A DNA stretch of 64,000 bases from NCBI GenBank assembly GCA_016928115.1, contig JAFGLI010000022.1, positions 560-64,559 of the forward strand, written 5' to 3'. A program made the position numbers and the translations under genes. Numbering within the stretch: the first letter of the stretch is position 1; every line of letters starts with the position of its first letter. The stretch is from Candidatus Woesearchaeota archaeon (GTDB lineage: Archaea; Nanobdellota; Nanobdellia; Woesearchaeales; UBA9642). The notes below the pieces were generated by a model. It worked only from the letters and a program-made list of their open reading frames with translations, was not told where the DNA came from and made no database searches. This document shows, piece after piece, positions 35,723 to 44,828 of this stretch.

Positions 35723-35965
35723 ATGGAAAAAAACCTGATTGCAGTCATCACTGAAATGAACCCTCAGGTGGAAAAAGGAAAAATAGGAATAATCGTAAAC
35801 ACACCTGAACCCTATGGGAAATTTGGTGCATTGATAGATAAGGAATACATAAAAAAACACTCTTTAGGAATAGCCTGTATTCTTGAAGCTAAATTAGATG
35901 CTGATAAAGGATATTTTGCTTTGAATATTCCTGAAGGGGAAACAATATATGAGTATCAGGAATAA
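35723..35965 (+). CDS. Hypothetical small protein (80 aa)
   Basis: ORF with 'aaaatggaaaaaa' start context; unassigned. Confidence 0.35.
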   Translation: MEKNLIAVITEMNPQVEKGKIGIIVNTPEPYGKFGALIDKEYIKKHSLGIACILEAKLDADKGYFALNIPEGETIYEYQE

Positions 35966-35975
35966 TTGTTAATGA

Positions 35976-36557
35976 TTGTTTTACTACTATAAAATAGAAA
36001 AGTTTATATATTCTTTTTATTTTTCTCTGTTAAATATATGGAGGGATATTTTGGCAGATATTGAAGAAGTTAAAAACAGCATTCTGAAATGGCATTATGG
36101 TATTCTTATTTATGATGTGGAAAATATTAAAGAAATTCAGGACATAAGAAATAAAAGAATGCAGTTTCAAAAATTTACCAATTTTCTTTATGATAAAATA
36201 GGGGATAAAAAAGAAAACGGAAGTATAGAAACATTGCTGATAGTGGATTTCATGAATGGGCAAAATCGTCATTTACTGACAAGTTACAGTGATAATGAAA
36301 ACATAATTAATCATATCCTTGTTTTGGAAACCAGCATAATAGATTACTGCAAGAATAACAAAAGCTTCATTGAAATGTTCAAAAGAAACATCTTGCCTGA
36401 AGATTATGAATTGTTCCAGCCAGTTATCATAAAAAATAATGAAGGAAAAGAAGGATGCAGGATGGATATGGTAATAACCGGCGACTATTCAAGAATAAAC
36501 GACAGCCTTAAAAAATGCTACAATGAAGCTAAAGAAATTTATACTCATTCAGCATAA
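35976..36557 (+). CDS. Hypothetical protein (193 aa; start uncertain)
   Basis: ORF only. Confidence 0.35.
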   Translation: MFYYYKIEKFIYSFYFSLLNIWRDILADIEEVKNSILKWHYGILIYDVENIKEIQDIRNKRMQFQKFTNFLYDKIGDKKENGSIETLLIVDFMNGQNRHLLTSYSDNENIINHILVLETSIIDYCKNNKSFIEMFKRNILPEDYELFQPVIIKNNEGKEGCRMDMVITGDYSRINDSLKKCYNEAKEIYTHSA

Positions 36558-36559
36558 TA

Positions 36560-37090
36560 TTATTTTCTTAAAATCACAGAATTGCCTGTGGGGTCTTCTA
36601 TTGTTATCTGCAAAGAATCCCTGCCCCAGAGAATCCTACCTATCTTCTTTATCTTGTTCTTTATCTTTTTCCTTTCTGCATCATCCTCTTCCCCTTCTTT
36701 AAGTTCCTCAAGCTTTTTCTTTTCTGCGTTCAGTAACCCTTTTACTGTGGTTATGTAGCCGTTTGAAGAGTCAGTTGGTATTATCTCGCTTATTCTCTGG
36801 AATTTGATTGTTGCATCTGCTGATTTTATTATTTTTATGTCCAAGTCATTTTCATTCTCAATTTTTATTGTTTCCTTAAAAGGCTTTCTTTCCTCATCTG
36901 CCTCAATATCTGACTTGTAATAGCCGCATTTAGTGCAGCTCATTGAAAGAAAATGCGCTATGCCGAATCCATTTATATCTCTAACTTCTTCTTTCATTGT
37001 CAGAGAGTTTTCATGACATACAGGACATTCCTGATCGGTTATCTCCATTGAAAGGTCATCCTGTTTTATCTCCTGATTTTCAGCATCCAT
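36560..37090 (-). CDS. ZPR1-type zinc-finger protein
   Basis: 'CPVCHEN...CTKCGY' C4 finger followed by a ZPR1-like beta domain. Size is typical of archaeal ZPR1-related proteins. Confidence 0.6.
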   Translation of the reverse strand: MDAENQEIKQDDLSMEITDQECPVCHENSLTMKEEVRDINGFGIAHFLSMSCTKCGYYKSDIEADEERKPFKETIKIENENDLDIKIIKSADATIKFQRISEIIPTDSSNGYITTVKGLLNAEKKKLEELKEGEEDDAERKKIKNKIKKIGRILWGRDSLQITIEDPTGNSVILRK

Positions 37091-37220
37091 GTTTCACCAC
37101 TTATAATTATGCCAAAAACCTTTTAAATAGTTTATTAAACCAGAAAAAATATAATGTAAAACCTATAATTTAAAATATATTCCAAGAAATAAAAAAATTT
37201 AAAAACATATTCACTGAAAA

Positions 37221-37631
37221 TTATTCTTCTTCCAGCTCTTCCAATTCTGTTGTGTTCTTCTTAACTATCTGTGCAAAAGAAGGAACTGCAACAATATGGT
37301 CCTCGCTGAATCCTGCTATATCCCCGTCAATAGCATCAGTTGTCTTCTTAAGCTTGTTTATTGCCCGTTTCAGCTCAACAAGGTCCTTGTCTTTTAAGTC
37401 CTTTATGTCAATAAGGGCAATGGTGTTGTCTTCCCTCAGAGCATGCAATATTGGCTTGATATCAGAAAAGTCCTCAATCTTGAAAGTCTTTACCAAAACC
37501 TCAGATTCCTCTCGTTTATGGCCTTCAGTGTCTAATTCAACATAATCCTGCTCCATCTCATCAAAATCCTCCTCATCAGATGCTCCTTTTTTTGAAATTT
37601 TATGCCTCATTTTTGATAAAAAACCTGTCAT
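37221..37631 (-). CDS. sepF: Cell division protein SepF-like
   Basis: C-terminal 'IALIDIKDLKDKDL...AIDGDIAGFSEDHIVAVP' matches the SepF/DUF552 pattern. Acidic N-terminus. Confidence 0.55.
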   Translation of the reverse strand: MTGFLSKMRHKISKKGASDEEDFDEMEQDYVELDTEGHKREESEVLVKTFKIEDFSDIKPILHALREDNTIALIDIKDLKDKDLVELKRAINKLKKTTDAIDGDIAGFSEDHIVAVPSFAQIVKKNTTELEELEEE

Positions 37632-37766
37632 AATACTCCCTCCGTTTTTGAGTTTTATCCTATAATATTAGTTTATAGTTTAAATTATATTAAAACTTAT
37701 AATTCTTCTTATTTATAAATTTTACTCTATTGAAGTATTTATTTGTTGCTAAAAAGATGAAATTAC

Positions 37767-39038
37767 TTAGCCGTTATTCACAACAATTAATGGAACGTAC
37801 ATCTCTTCTTTTGTAATTCCTGCATGATTTCCAATAAGGTGCTCTTTTTTTTCATTCAATAATTCATCTTTAAATATATAATTTTCCTTCATAATCAGTG
37901 CATAATCTCCTATCCTGTTAAAAAGCTCTGGATTTGGCTTGTATATACCAAAATAATTCTTTTTTATTAAATCTTCTGATTTGTATAGATAACAATAATC
38001 CTTTAACCTGGTTTTAACATATTTTTCAAACTGCCTGGCCTTGGAAGGCTTTACATAACAATAAGCAACCCTTCCTTCGCCGCATAAAGGCAGTGTTAAG
38101 CACTCTTTTAATTCAGGATGGTCTTTCAATTCAATCCTCCTTTTTTCAGGCGTATCTATGAATCCGTGGTCGGAAGTTATAATTAAAGTCGTGTTTGTAT
38201 TTTTGATTTTTTCAGCAAACTTTTTTATTTCATTATCTATTTTTTCAAAATGTTTGTCTGTTTTCTTTGCATTTACACCAAAATCATGTGCCAATGAATC
38301 AAACTCAAGCCAATAAGCATAAATATATTTTCTTCTTTTATTTGAAGTTATGGCTTTTCTTATATCTGTGAACATTCCGTTCATACTATTAAAACCTATT
38401 CTCTTTGCTTTTTTTGCAAGAGCTTTTGTGAAAACTGAATCTTTAATTTTATTTGGCTGTACGATAAATGAATCCACATTTATCCTCTCAGAAAAACATT
38501 TTTCATTCAGGAGGTCTTTAATTTTTAATTTTTCAGGAATTGGGATTTCTCCTGCCCGTGCTGTAAAAGGCAAAATCTTCACAACCATCCCTAATTCCTT
38601 TAAATAAACATTCCATCCTGTGATGCCGTGCTGCTGAGGAGCATCTCCTGTTAGAAAGGTTGTAATTGCTGCTGCTGTAGTAGCTGGAAAAACAGAAGTC
38701 ATTTTGCCGATAACATGTTTTTTCAGAAATGAATTTTTCTTGTTTTGTAAATAATGAAAACCTAATCCATCTATGACTAATAAAACTATATTTTTTGAAT
38801 CCTTTAATCTTTCGGGAGGCAATAATTTAAGAAATTTGTATTGTGATTTAGTTCCAAATGATTTTCCAATAGAACTCATCAGATTAACTATGCTCCCGTC
38901 TTCGTATTTTGGCAATATCATTAACACTGGTTTAGGTAGTATATTAATAAATATTTCGAAACAATGAAAATATTTAATAAACCCCGAAACATCCTTTGAA
39001 AAATGATAACTAAATTCAGGGAAAAAATCAAAAAGCAT
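37767..39038 (-). CDS. Alkaline-phosphatase-superfamily type I phosphodiesterase/nucleotide pyrophosphatase-like enzyme (start probably internal)
   Basis: 'IVLLVIDGLGFHYL', 'FPATTAAAITTFLTGDAPQQHGITGWN' and 'LIITSDHGF' are the PF01663-type metal-site motifs. Confidence 0.6.
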   Translation of the reverse strand: MLFDFFPEFSYHFSKDVSGFIKYFHCFEIFINILPKPVLMILPKYEDGSIVNLMSSIGKSFGTKSQYKFLKLLPPERLKDSKNIVLLVIDGLGFHYLQNKKNSFLKKHVIGKMTSVFPATTAAAITTFLTGDAPQQHGITGWNVYLKELGMVVKILPFTARAGEIPIPEKLKIKDLLNEKCFSERINVDSFIVQPNKIKDSVFTKALAKKAKRIGFNSMNGMFTDIRKAITSNKRRKYIYAYWLEFDSLAHDFGVNAKKTDKHFEKIDNEIKKFAEKIKNTNTTLIITSDHGFIDTPEKRRIELKDHPELKECLTLPLCGEGRVAYCYVKPSKARQFEKYVKTRLKDYCYLYKSEDLIKKNYFGIYKPNPELFNRIGDYALIMKENYIFKDELLNEKKEHLIGNHAGITKEEMYVPLIVVNNG

Positions 39039-39434
39039 TTTGAAGAGGTAATTAAATTAAAAACCAGCCCGCATTCAATAGCCCTTGGCTTTGCAATAGG
39101 GACATTTGTTGCTATTTTTCCAACACCGGGATTCAGCGTCTGGCTGGGCTTATTAATAGTCTTAATTTATGAAAAAATCAATAAGCTGTCTTTATTCGGG
39201 GCAATCGCATTCTGGAATCCTTTATTCATAACACCGATTTTTGCCTGGGGTTATAAAATAGGGGATTATATTCTAAGAACAAAACCCTTAATGGAATATC
39301 CTATTGTTCTCATAGATAGGATATACTATATAACCTTGAGATTAGTGATCGGCAACACAATCCTGGGGATTATTATTGCAGTTATGTCTTATTTCATAGT
39401 CAGGAAAATAGCAGTTGAATACCAGAAGAAATAA
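39003..39434 (+). CDS. DUF2062-family membrane protein
   Basis: 'TSPHSIALGFAIGTFVAIFPTPGF' is the DUF2062 signature. Confidence 0.5.
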   Translation: MITKFREKIKKHFEEVIKLKTSPHSIALGFAIGTFVAIFPTPGFSVWLGLLIVLIYEKINKLSLFGAIAFWNPLFITPIFAWGYKIGDYILRTKPLMEYPIVLIDRIYYITLRLVIGNTILGIIIAVMSYFIVRKIAVEYQKK

Positions 39435-39469
39435 AAATCTTTAAATAAAACAATTACTTCTGTAATAAT

Positions 39470-39823
39470 ATGGGCAAAGAAAAAAGGCTTGTGAAATATA
39501 TTGTTTCAGTTAAAACAAAAGAAGAAAGTCTTCCTTCTAAATTAACTGAATGTATAACAACCCTGTTTGGCTCTCTTTATATAGTTTATGATAAATATGA
39601 TGAGCAAAATAATGATTTCAGCAAATTATACATGATGCCAAAACCAACAGATAAACCCTTAACTGATGAAGAAATAGAAATAATAAAGAATTCAATAGTT
39701 GAAGAAAACTTAGATATGAGCTTTTATGAGCTTAATGAAATAAATGGTCTTATTAAAGGGGTTAAAGAAATAAGCGAAATGATGGATGGGGGTAAAAATA
39801 CAATATTAAGTTATTTTAAATAA
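39470..39823 (+). CDS. Hypothetical protein (117 aa)
   Basis: ORF only. Confidence 0.35.
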   Translation: MGKEKRLVKYIVSVKTKEESLPSKLTECITTLFGSLYIVYDKYDEQNNDFSKLYMMPKPTDKPLTDEEIEIIKNSIVEENLDMSFYELNEINGLIKGVKEISEMMDGGKNTILSYFK

Positions 39824-39877
39824 TCATATTTATCTTAAAAAATAATTTTTATAAACTAAACTCACTTTCTTGTTAAT

Positions 39878-40444
39878 ATGAGGGAAGAAATAAGGTTTCT
39901 GGGGATAGATGACGGCCCATTTGATAAATTCAATGAAAAAGATAAAGAGGTTCTGGTAATAGGCTCTGTTTACAGGGGGAATAAGTTTCTGGACGGCTTG
40001 ATTTCCTGTCATGTTGAAAAAGACGGCGAAGACAGCACAGAAAAGATAATCAAGATGATAAACAATTCCAAGTTTAAAGAGCAGATAAGGTGTGTTTTTC
40101 TTGACGGGATTGCTGTTGGCGGCTTTAATATAGTAAACCCTGAAAAATTGGGTAAAAAAACAAATATTCCTGTTATTGTGATAATAAGAAAATATCCTGA
40201 TTTTGAGGAATTATTTAATGCAATGAAAAAAGCAGGAAAGGAAAAATACATTGAATTCATAAAAAAACTTCCTGAGCCGAAAAAACATGAAGATATATGG
40301 TTCCAGAACTTTAATATTGAAGATAAAAAAGCAGAAGAATTCATAGAAATGAGCAGGAACTTTTCCAACATCCCCGAATGCCTGAGAGCATCCCATTTGA
40401 TTGCTTCCGGCATTAAGAAAGGCGAGAGTAAGGGGCAGGCCTAA
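39878..40444 (+). CDS. DUF99/UPF0215-family protein (archaeal, endonuclease-V-like fold proposed)
   Basis: 'FLGIDDGPF', 'VDGEDSTEKI' and 'VFLDGIAVGGFNIV' match DUF99. Confidence 0.6.
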   Translation: MREEIRFLGIDDGPFDKFNEKDKEVLVIGSVYRGNKFLDGLISCHVEKDGEDSTEKIIKMINNSKFKEQIRCVFLDGIAVGGFNIVNPEKLGKKTNIPVIVIIRKYPDFEELFNAMKKAGKEKYIEFIKKLPEPKKHEDIWFQNFNIEDKKAEEFIEMSRNFSNIPECLRASHLIASGIKKGESKGQA

Positions 40445-40483
40445 GAAAAGTTTTATATAATAGTTATACTTAAGAATAATAAA

Positions 40484-40987
40484 ATGATTGGAAATGAAAT
40501 GACTAGATCAGATGAAACTTTTGATAAACTTGAAAGAGAAAAAGAAAGTTTTTATTTAAAAACAATGGAAACTGCTTGGAAATTTCTAGAAAAAGGAGAA
40601 AAAATAGCAAAAACACTTGAAGGAGACTTTGAAGAAAATTTAAGAAATAGAGATAAAATAAGAGAAACTAATATAAGAAACTTAACAAATGAGTTACAAT
40701 TATTACTGGCTAAAGCGTATCCTCATATTTGTACACAGCCTTTAGGAGAAGCAGCAGGAGATGCAGAAAGAACTATAAAAATAAACGTAGAAAAGGCTTT
40801 ACATTATATTGTAACCATTGGAGAAAGAATCTTAAAAGAAGGATATCATATGATTTCTGAAGGAAAAAAGACATCGGATGTAATGGAAAGGGAAAATATG
40901 ATTAAAGAAAATAAAGTATTAAGAGAATTAAAATCAAGAATACTGATACTAAGACCAATATTGGCAAAGCTAAGAAGTACTAATTAA
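40484..40987 (+). CDS. All-helical hypothetical protein with HEPN-like R-x6-H motif
   Basis: 'ERILKEGYH' lies in the C-terminal third of a helical protein. Confidence 0.35.
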   Translation: MIGNEMTRSDETFDKLEREKESFYLKTMETAWKFLEKGEKIAKTLEGDFEENLRNRDKIRETNIRNLTNELQLLLAKAYPHICTQPLGEAAGDAERTIKINVEKALHYIVTIGERILKEGYHMISEGKKTSDVMERENMIKENKVLRELKSRILILRPILAKLRSTN

Positions 40988-41669
40988 TTTTATACTCTAA
41001 AGTTTCTCTGTCTTTTTTTACACTACAAACTTCTTTTAAAGGAGGTATCATACGTGGATCATCCTTAATATAAACAATAGAAGGATATTTTTTATTAATT
41101 AATTTTTGAAATGACCTATAACCAACCAAATGCTTAAGACCAAGAACAAAAACCATAATTTTATTATTCAAACCTTCATCAAAGTTAAGTATTCTTTCAT
41201 ACATACGTTTATTTTGATCCCATACATTTCCTTGGTGATCATTAAAAACAAAAACGTCAATATCATTTTCTAAAAAATCTTTACCCATTTCAATATATCT
41301 TAGAATACAATCAGAAAAACCAGAATTTTTTTTATTAAATTCTTCTTTATTAACTAACTCAGAAAAAGATACTGGTTTTTTTATTGTAGTATCATTATTT
41401 AAAAAAGGAAGAAGTTCAAGAAAAACATTTACTCCAAAAAAATCTTTCAAAGCATAAATATCTCTTTCTATACTTTCACAAATAAAATCGTCCATATGTT
41501 TTCTTTCACCAAAAATTACAGAAAAATTTTCTTTTTTATAAAATCTTCTAACCTCTCTTTTTAGTTTATCTGAATCATGTTTTTGTAAAGAAAAATCATC
41601 AAAAATATATGTTAAATCTAAATCATTCATACTTTCTTTATGTCTATTTTTTTTGGATGTTAATAACAT
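40980..41669 (-). CDS. Hypothetical protein (229 aa)
   Basis: ORF only. 'GKDFLENDIDVFVF' is weakly nucleotidyltransferase-like. Confidence 0.35.
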   Translation of the reverse strand: MLLTSKKNRHKESMNDLDLTYIFDDFSLQKHDSDKLKREVRRFYKKENFSVIFGERKHMDDFICESIERDIYALKDFFGVNVFLELLPFLNNDTTIKKPVSFSELVNKEEFNKKNSGFSDCILRYIEMGKDFLENDIDVFVFNDHQGNVWDQNKRMYERILNFDEGLNNKIMVFVLGLKHLVGYRSFQKLINKKYPSIVYIKDDPRMIPPLKEVCSVKKDRETLEYKIN

Positions 41670-41708
41670 ATTCGAATGAGAATAGATCTAAGTTTATAAA
41701 TATTACTA

Positions 41709-42356
41709 TTATTTACTTCTGTTTAATAGTAAAATAACTAAAAATAACATTAAAACAGCAGAAACAACAAAACTAATCCCTAAAATCAAAAAGCCAAAAC
41801 TTATGAAAAAGGATTCAGGAAATAGTGTTATTAATAAAGAATCTTCAGGAAACAAATAATTGCCTGTGAATAATATTTTATGCAATAACATCCAAAAACC
41901 TGAAAAATTAATCCTGGATAATAGAAATAATAAAATTATGAAGAAAATAACAAAACCTGAAGAATACATGAAGGCTTTTGAAATTTTTGCCTTTAGTTCT
42001 TTTAGATTATTCCTGTACAAAAAATATAAGCCAAAAGAGCTTATTAAAAACAAAAACATGCTCATTGCATAAACAAGCCTTAATTTAAAAAACAAGTTTT
42101 TCACATCAATTAAATGGGATTGTTCTTTTTCATTAAAATAATTTAATTCTTCTTTGTCCTGAAAAAAACCAAACAAGTTTCCCGTAATATTTTTGGTTTT
42201 CTCTTCACCCAATTCATTAAAAGCATTGTTTTTTTCATACTGCCGATAATAAAAATTATTATTATAAAGATTACAGAACAAAGGGCCTAATAAAATCATA
42301 ATCACTAAAGAAAATCCAAAAATAAATAATATAAAATTTTCATTATTGAATTTCAT
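41709..42356 (-). CDS. Membrane protein (215 aa), 4-nt overlap with the ABCE1 stop
   Basis: Four TM helices; translationally coupled downstream of ABCE1. Confidence 0.45.
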   Translation of the reverse strand: MKFNNENFILFIFGFSLVIMILLGPLFCNLYNNNFYYRQYEKNNAFNELGEEKTKNITGNLFGFFQDKEELNYFNEKEQSHLIDVKNLFFKLRLVYAMSMFLFLISSFGLYFLYRNNLKELKAKISKAFMYSSGFVIFFIILLFLLSRINFSGFWMLLHKILFTGNYLFPEDSLLITLFPESFFISFGFLILGISFVVSAVLMLFLVILLLNRSK

Positions 42357-44137
42357 TGTGTGTAATAAAGATTGCCTGTTTTCTTCTGCTCCCTGTCTTT
42401 AACAGAGTTTTCCTTATTGGCTCTTGGTCTGTGGGTATGCTCATCCCTCCTGAAAGTAATCCCTAAATCCTTTAGAAAATTATTCATGCCCTCTTCCATT
42501 GCCATTGGCTTGTTTGCAGAGCCTTTTTTTGCAGGCTCTCCCTCAAAAATCATCAATCTATGTGATAAATAATCAATAAAAAGTAAATCATGGTCAACCA
42601 CCAAAGCAGATTTTCCCTTTTCCTCAATAAGGTTCCTTATGACTTTTGAAACAGCAAGCCTCTGCTCAACATCAAGATAGGCAGACGGCTCATCTATTAA
42701 AAACATATCAACGTTTTGAGATAAACAATAAGCTATTGCAACCCTCTGAAGCTCCCCTCCGGATAACTCATCAAGCCTTTTCTTCATTAAAATATCCAGA
42801 TTTAAAGGCCTTATCAGCTGAGCCTTATAATCAGCCAGTGCTTTTTTCAGGACTTCTGCAACAAATTTTTCAGAGCTTAAGCTTATATACTGCGGCTTAT
42901 AAGCCACTTTTATGCCTTTCAACTCCTCCTGTCTATCATCAGCCTTCATCTCTCCTGCCAGAACCTTTACAAAAGTAGTCTTACCAATTGCATTTTCTCC
43001 AAGGATGCCTATTATCTCATTCCTGCAAATCTCCCCATCTTCAGCATTCAGCTCAAACTTATCCTTGCCGAATTTCTTTGTAAATTTTTTCCATTGGGTC
43101 AGAAAAGAGCTTTTCTGCTTTTCTTCAGGTGCTCTTGCAAAAAACTCTATCTTTGAATCCCTGAACCTTATGTTTTCTTCTTTTAAATAACCTTCAAGAT
43201 ATGTGTTTATGCCTTCTTTTGTTGATTTCACGCCAGAAGCAACACCATAAACAGACTCTTTCCCATACATAAGATGTATCAAATCAGTTAAATAATCCAG
43301 AATTATCAAATCATGCTCAATAATCATAACAGCAGTATTCTCATCTGCCAGATTCCTTATGAACCTGCTGACTTTAAGCCTTTGCTTTATATCAAGATAT
43401 GAAGTAGGCTCATCGAAAAAATAGACATTTGCCTTTTTCAGAACTGCTGCGGCAATAGCTATTCTTTGTAATTCCCCTCCTGAAACATCCTTTACATCAT
43501 GGTCCATTATAAAGGACAAATCCAATAGTTTTACAATATCATTAAATTCCTTTTCAGATTTCTCATTTACTTTTTTCAACAGATCTTCAACTTTTCCCTC
43601 ATAGTTTTTAGGAATCAGGTCAACCTGCTGGGGCTTGTATGAAACCCTGATTTTTTTATCAAACAATTTCTGGAAATAAGCCTGTGCTTCAGTGCCCTTG
43701 AAATATTCAATAATGTCTTTTTGCGACGCCCGAAAATCCTTTTCCTCGACTTTTCCCAGATTAGGGTTTAGCAATCCTGCGAGTATCTTAAGTGCAGTTG
43801 TCTTGCCTATGCCGTTTCTTCCAATTATACCCACAACCCTGCCGAATATAGGCACAGGAAGATTATAAAGCGAAAAGCCATTCTGCCCATACCTGTGAAT
43901 TGGCTCTTTATTCAGGGCTTCAGGCAGGTTTACAATAGATGTGGCTTCAAAAGGGTCTTTTTTTACGCATATGCCGCAGCCTATGCATAAAGACTCGTCT
44001 ATCCCGATGTTTCCATTATCCATGTAAACACAATCTTCGCCTGTTCTGTTTATTGGGCATGCTTTGGAAACTAACCTGAACCATTCATCCTTGTCTTCTA
44101 TTTTTTCCCTGTCTATAACAGCTATTCTTTTTGACAT
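42353..44137 (-). CDS. abcE1: ABCE1 (RNase L inhibitor homologue; ribosome-recycling ABC ATPase)
   Basis: N-terminal double 4Fe-4S ferredoxin 'CIGCGICVKKDPF'. Two ABC cassettes with Walker A 'GIIGRNGIGKTT' and 'GILGENAIGKTT', and LSGGE signatures. Confidence 0.9.
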   Translation of the reverse strand: MSKRIAVIDREKIEDKDEWFRLVSKACPINRTGEDCVYMDNGNIGIDESLCIGCGICVKKDPFEATSIVNLPEALNKEPIHRYGQNGFSLYNLPVPIFGRVVGIIGRNGIGKTTALKILAGLLNPNLGKVEEKDFRASQKDIIEYFKGTEAQAYFQKLFDKKIRVSYKPQQVDLIPKNYEGKVEDLLKKVNEKSEKEFNDIVKLLDLSFIMDHDVKDVSGGELQRIAIAAAVLKKANVYFFDEPTSYLDIKQRLKVSRFIRNLADENTAVMIIEHDLIILDYLTDLIHLMYGKESVYGVASGVKSTKEGINTYLEGYLKEENIRFRDSKIEFFARAPEEKQKSSFLTQWKKFTKKFGKDKFELNAEDGEICRNEIIGILGENAIGKTTFVKVLAGEMKADDRQEELKGIKVAYKPQYISLSSEKFVAEVLKKALADYKAQLIRPLNLDILMKKRLDELSGGELQRVAIAYCLSQNVDMFLIDEPSAYLDVEQRLAVSKVIRNLIEEKGKSALVVDHDLLFIDYLSHRLMIFEGEPAKKGSANKPMAMEEGMNNFLKDLGITFRRDEHTHRPRANKENSVKDREQKKTGNLYYTQ

Positions 44138-44194
44138 AATAGAAATAAACTTTCAGTTTTTATAAATGTTTTTTAATTATCAATAGAAAAACAA

Positions 44195-44740
44195 TCATAC
44201 CAATCCAAAAGCCTCTTTGGTCTTTTTTCTTGCAAGGAAATACATAAATATGACTGATATGGGTATGCCTGCTATTGTCAACATGTAAATTACTGAAAAA
44301 ACCAAAGCCATGATTCTTGCCCAGTTCTTTAGTTTTAATAAGCCCCAGCCAATCAAAATATCAATAACTCCCAGAATTACTAACAAAGCAACTAAATAAA
44401 TAATAAAATTAGAAACAACTATGGTTAGACCAGGTATTGAACTTAAAATATTCTGAATCGTATAGAAACTGGTTGAAAATGCTAAAATGATAAAAATTCC
44501 TTCAAGAATAAACAATATTGCTATAACTATTATTGAAACAGGAGTTTCTTTTTTAGAAACTTCTTTTTTTACATCCTTTTTTGGAAAATTATAAATGCCT
44601 TCTTTATTTACATATTTAATTGCTTCATCAACTGTTTTAACATCCCATCCTTTTTCAAGAAGAACTTCCTTCAATTTCCCGGGGGAATAACCCTGATTCT
44701 CAGCTTTTCCTATAAAATCAACCAGCTCCTGGTTTGCCAT
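44195..44740 (-). CDS. Membrane protein with N-terminal soluble domain (181 aa)
   Basis: Soluble ~50 aa followed by 4 TM helices. Confidence 0.4.
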   Translation of the reverse strand: MANQELVDFIGKAENQGYSPGKLKEVLLEKGWDVKTVDEAIKYVNKEGIYNFPKKDVKKEVSKKETPVSIIVIAILFILEGIFIILAFSTSFYTIQNILSSIPGLTIVVSNFIIYLVALLVILGVIDILIGWGLLKLKNWARIMALVFSVIYMLTIAGIPISVIFMYFLARKKTKEAFGLV

Positions 44741-44828
44741 AATATATTTTCTTGAAAAACTGGTTTAAATAATTTTCTTTTTTAAAAATTATAAACATTT
44801 AAAAATCTCAATTAATTATATAACTAAA

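Noticed and set aside
37767-39038. Archaeal cofactor-independent phosphoglycerate mutase (ApgM), or PglZ of a BREX system
   Set aside because: The motif set (F-P-x-T-T...TG..P..HGI; SDHG) fits the PF01663 phosphodiesterase/NPP family better than ApgM. No other BREX genes are nearby.
40484-41669. Calling the HEPN-like and MNT-like ORFs a toxin-antitoxin pair
   Set aside because: The genes are convergent (3' ends overlap). Motif matches are single short patterns. They are kept only as a low-interest lead.
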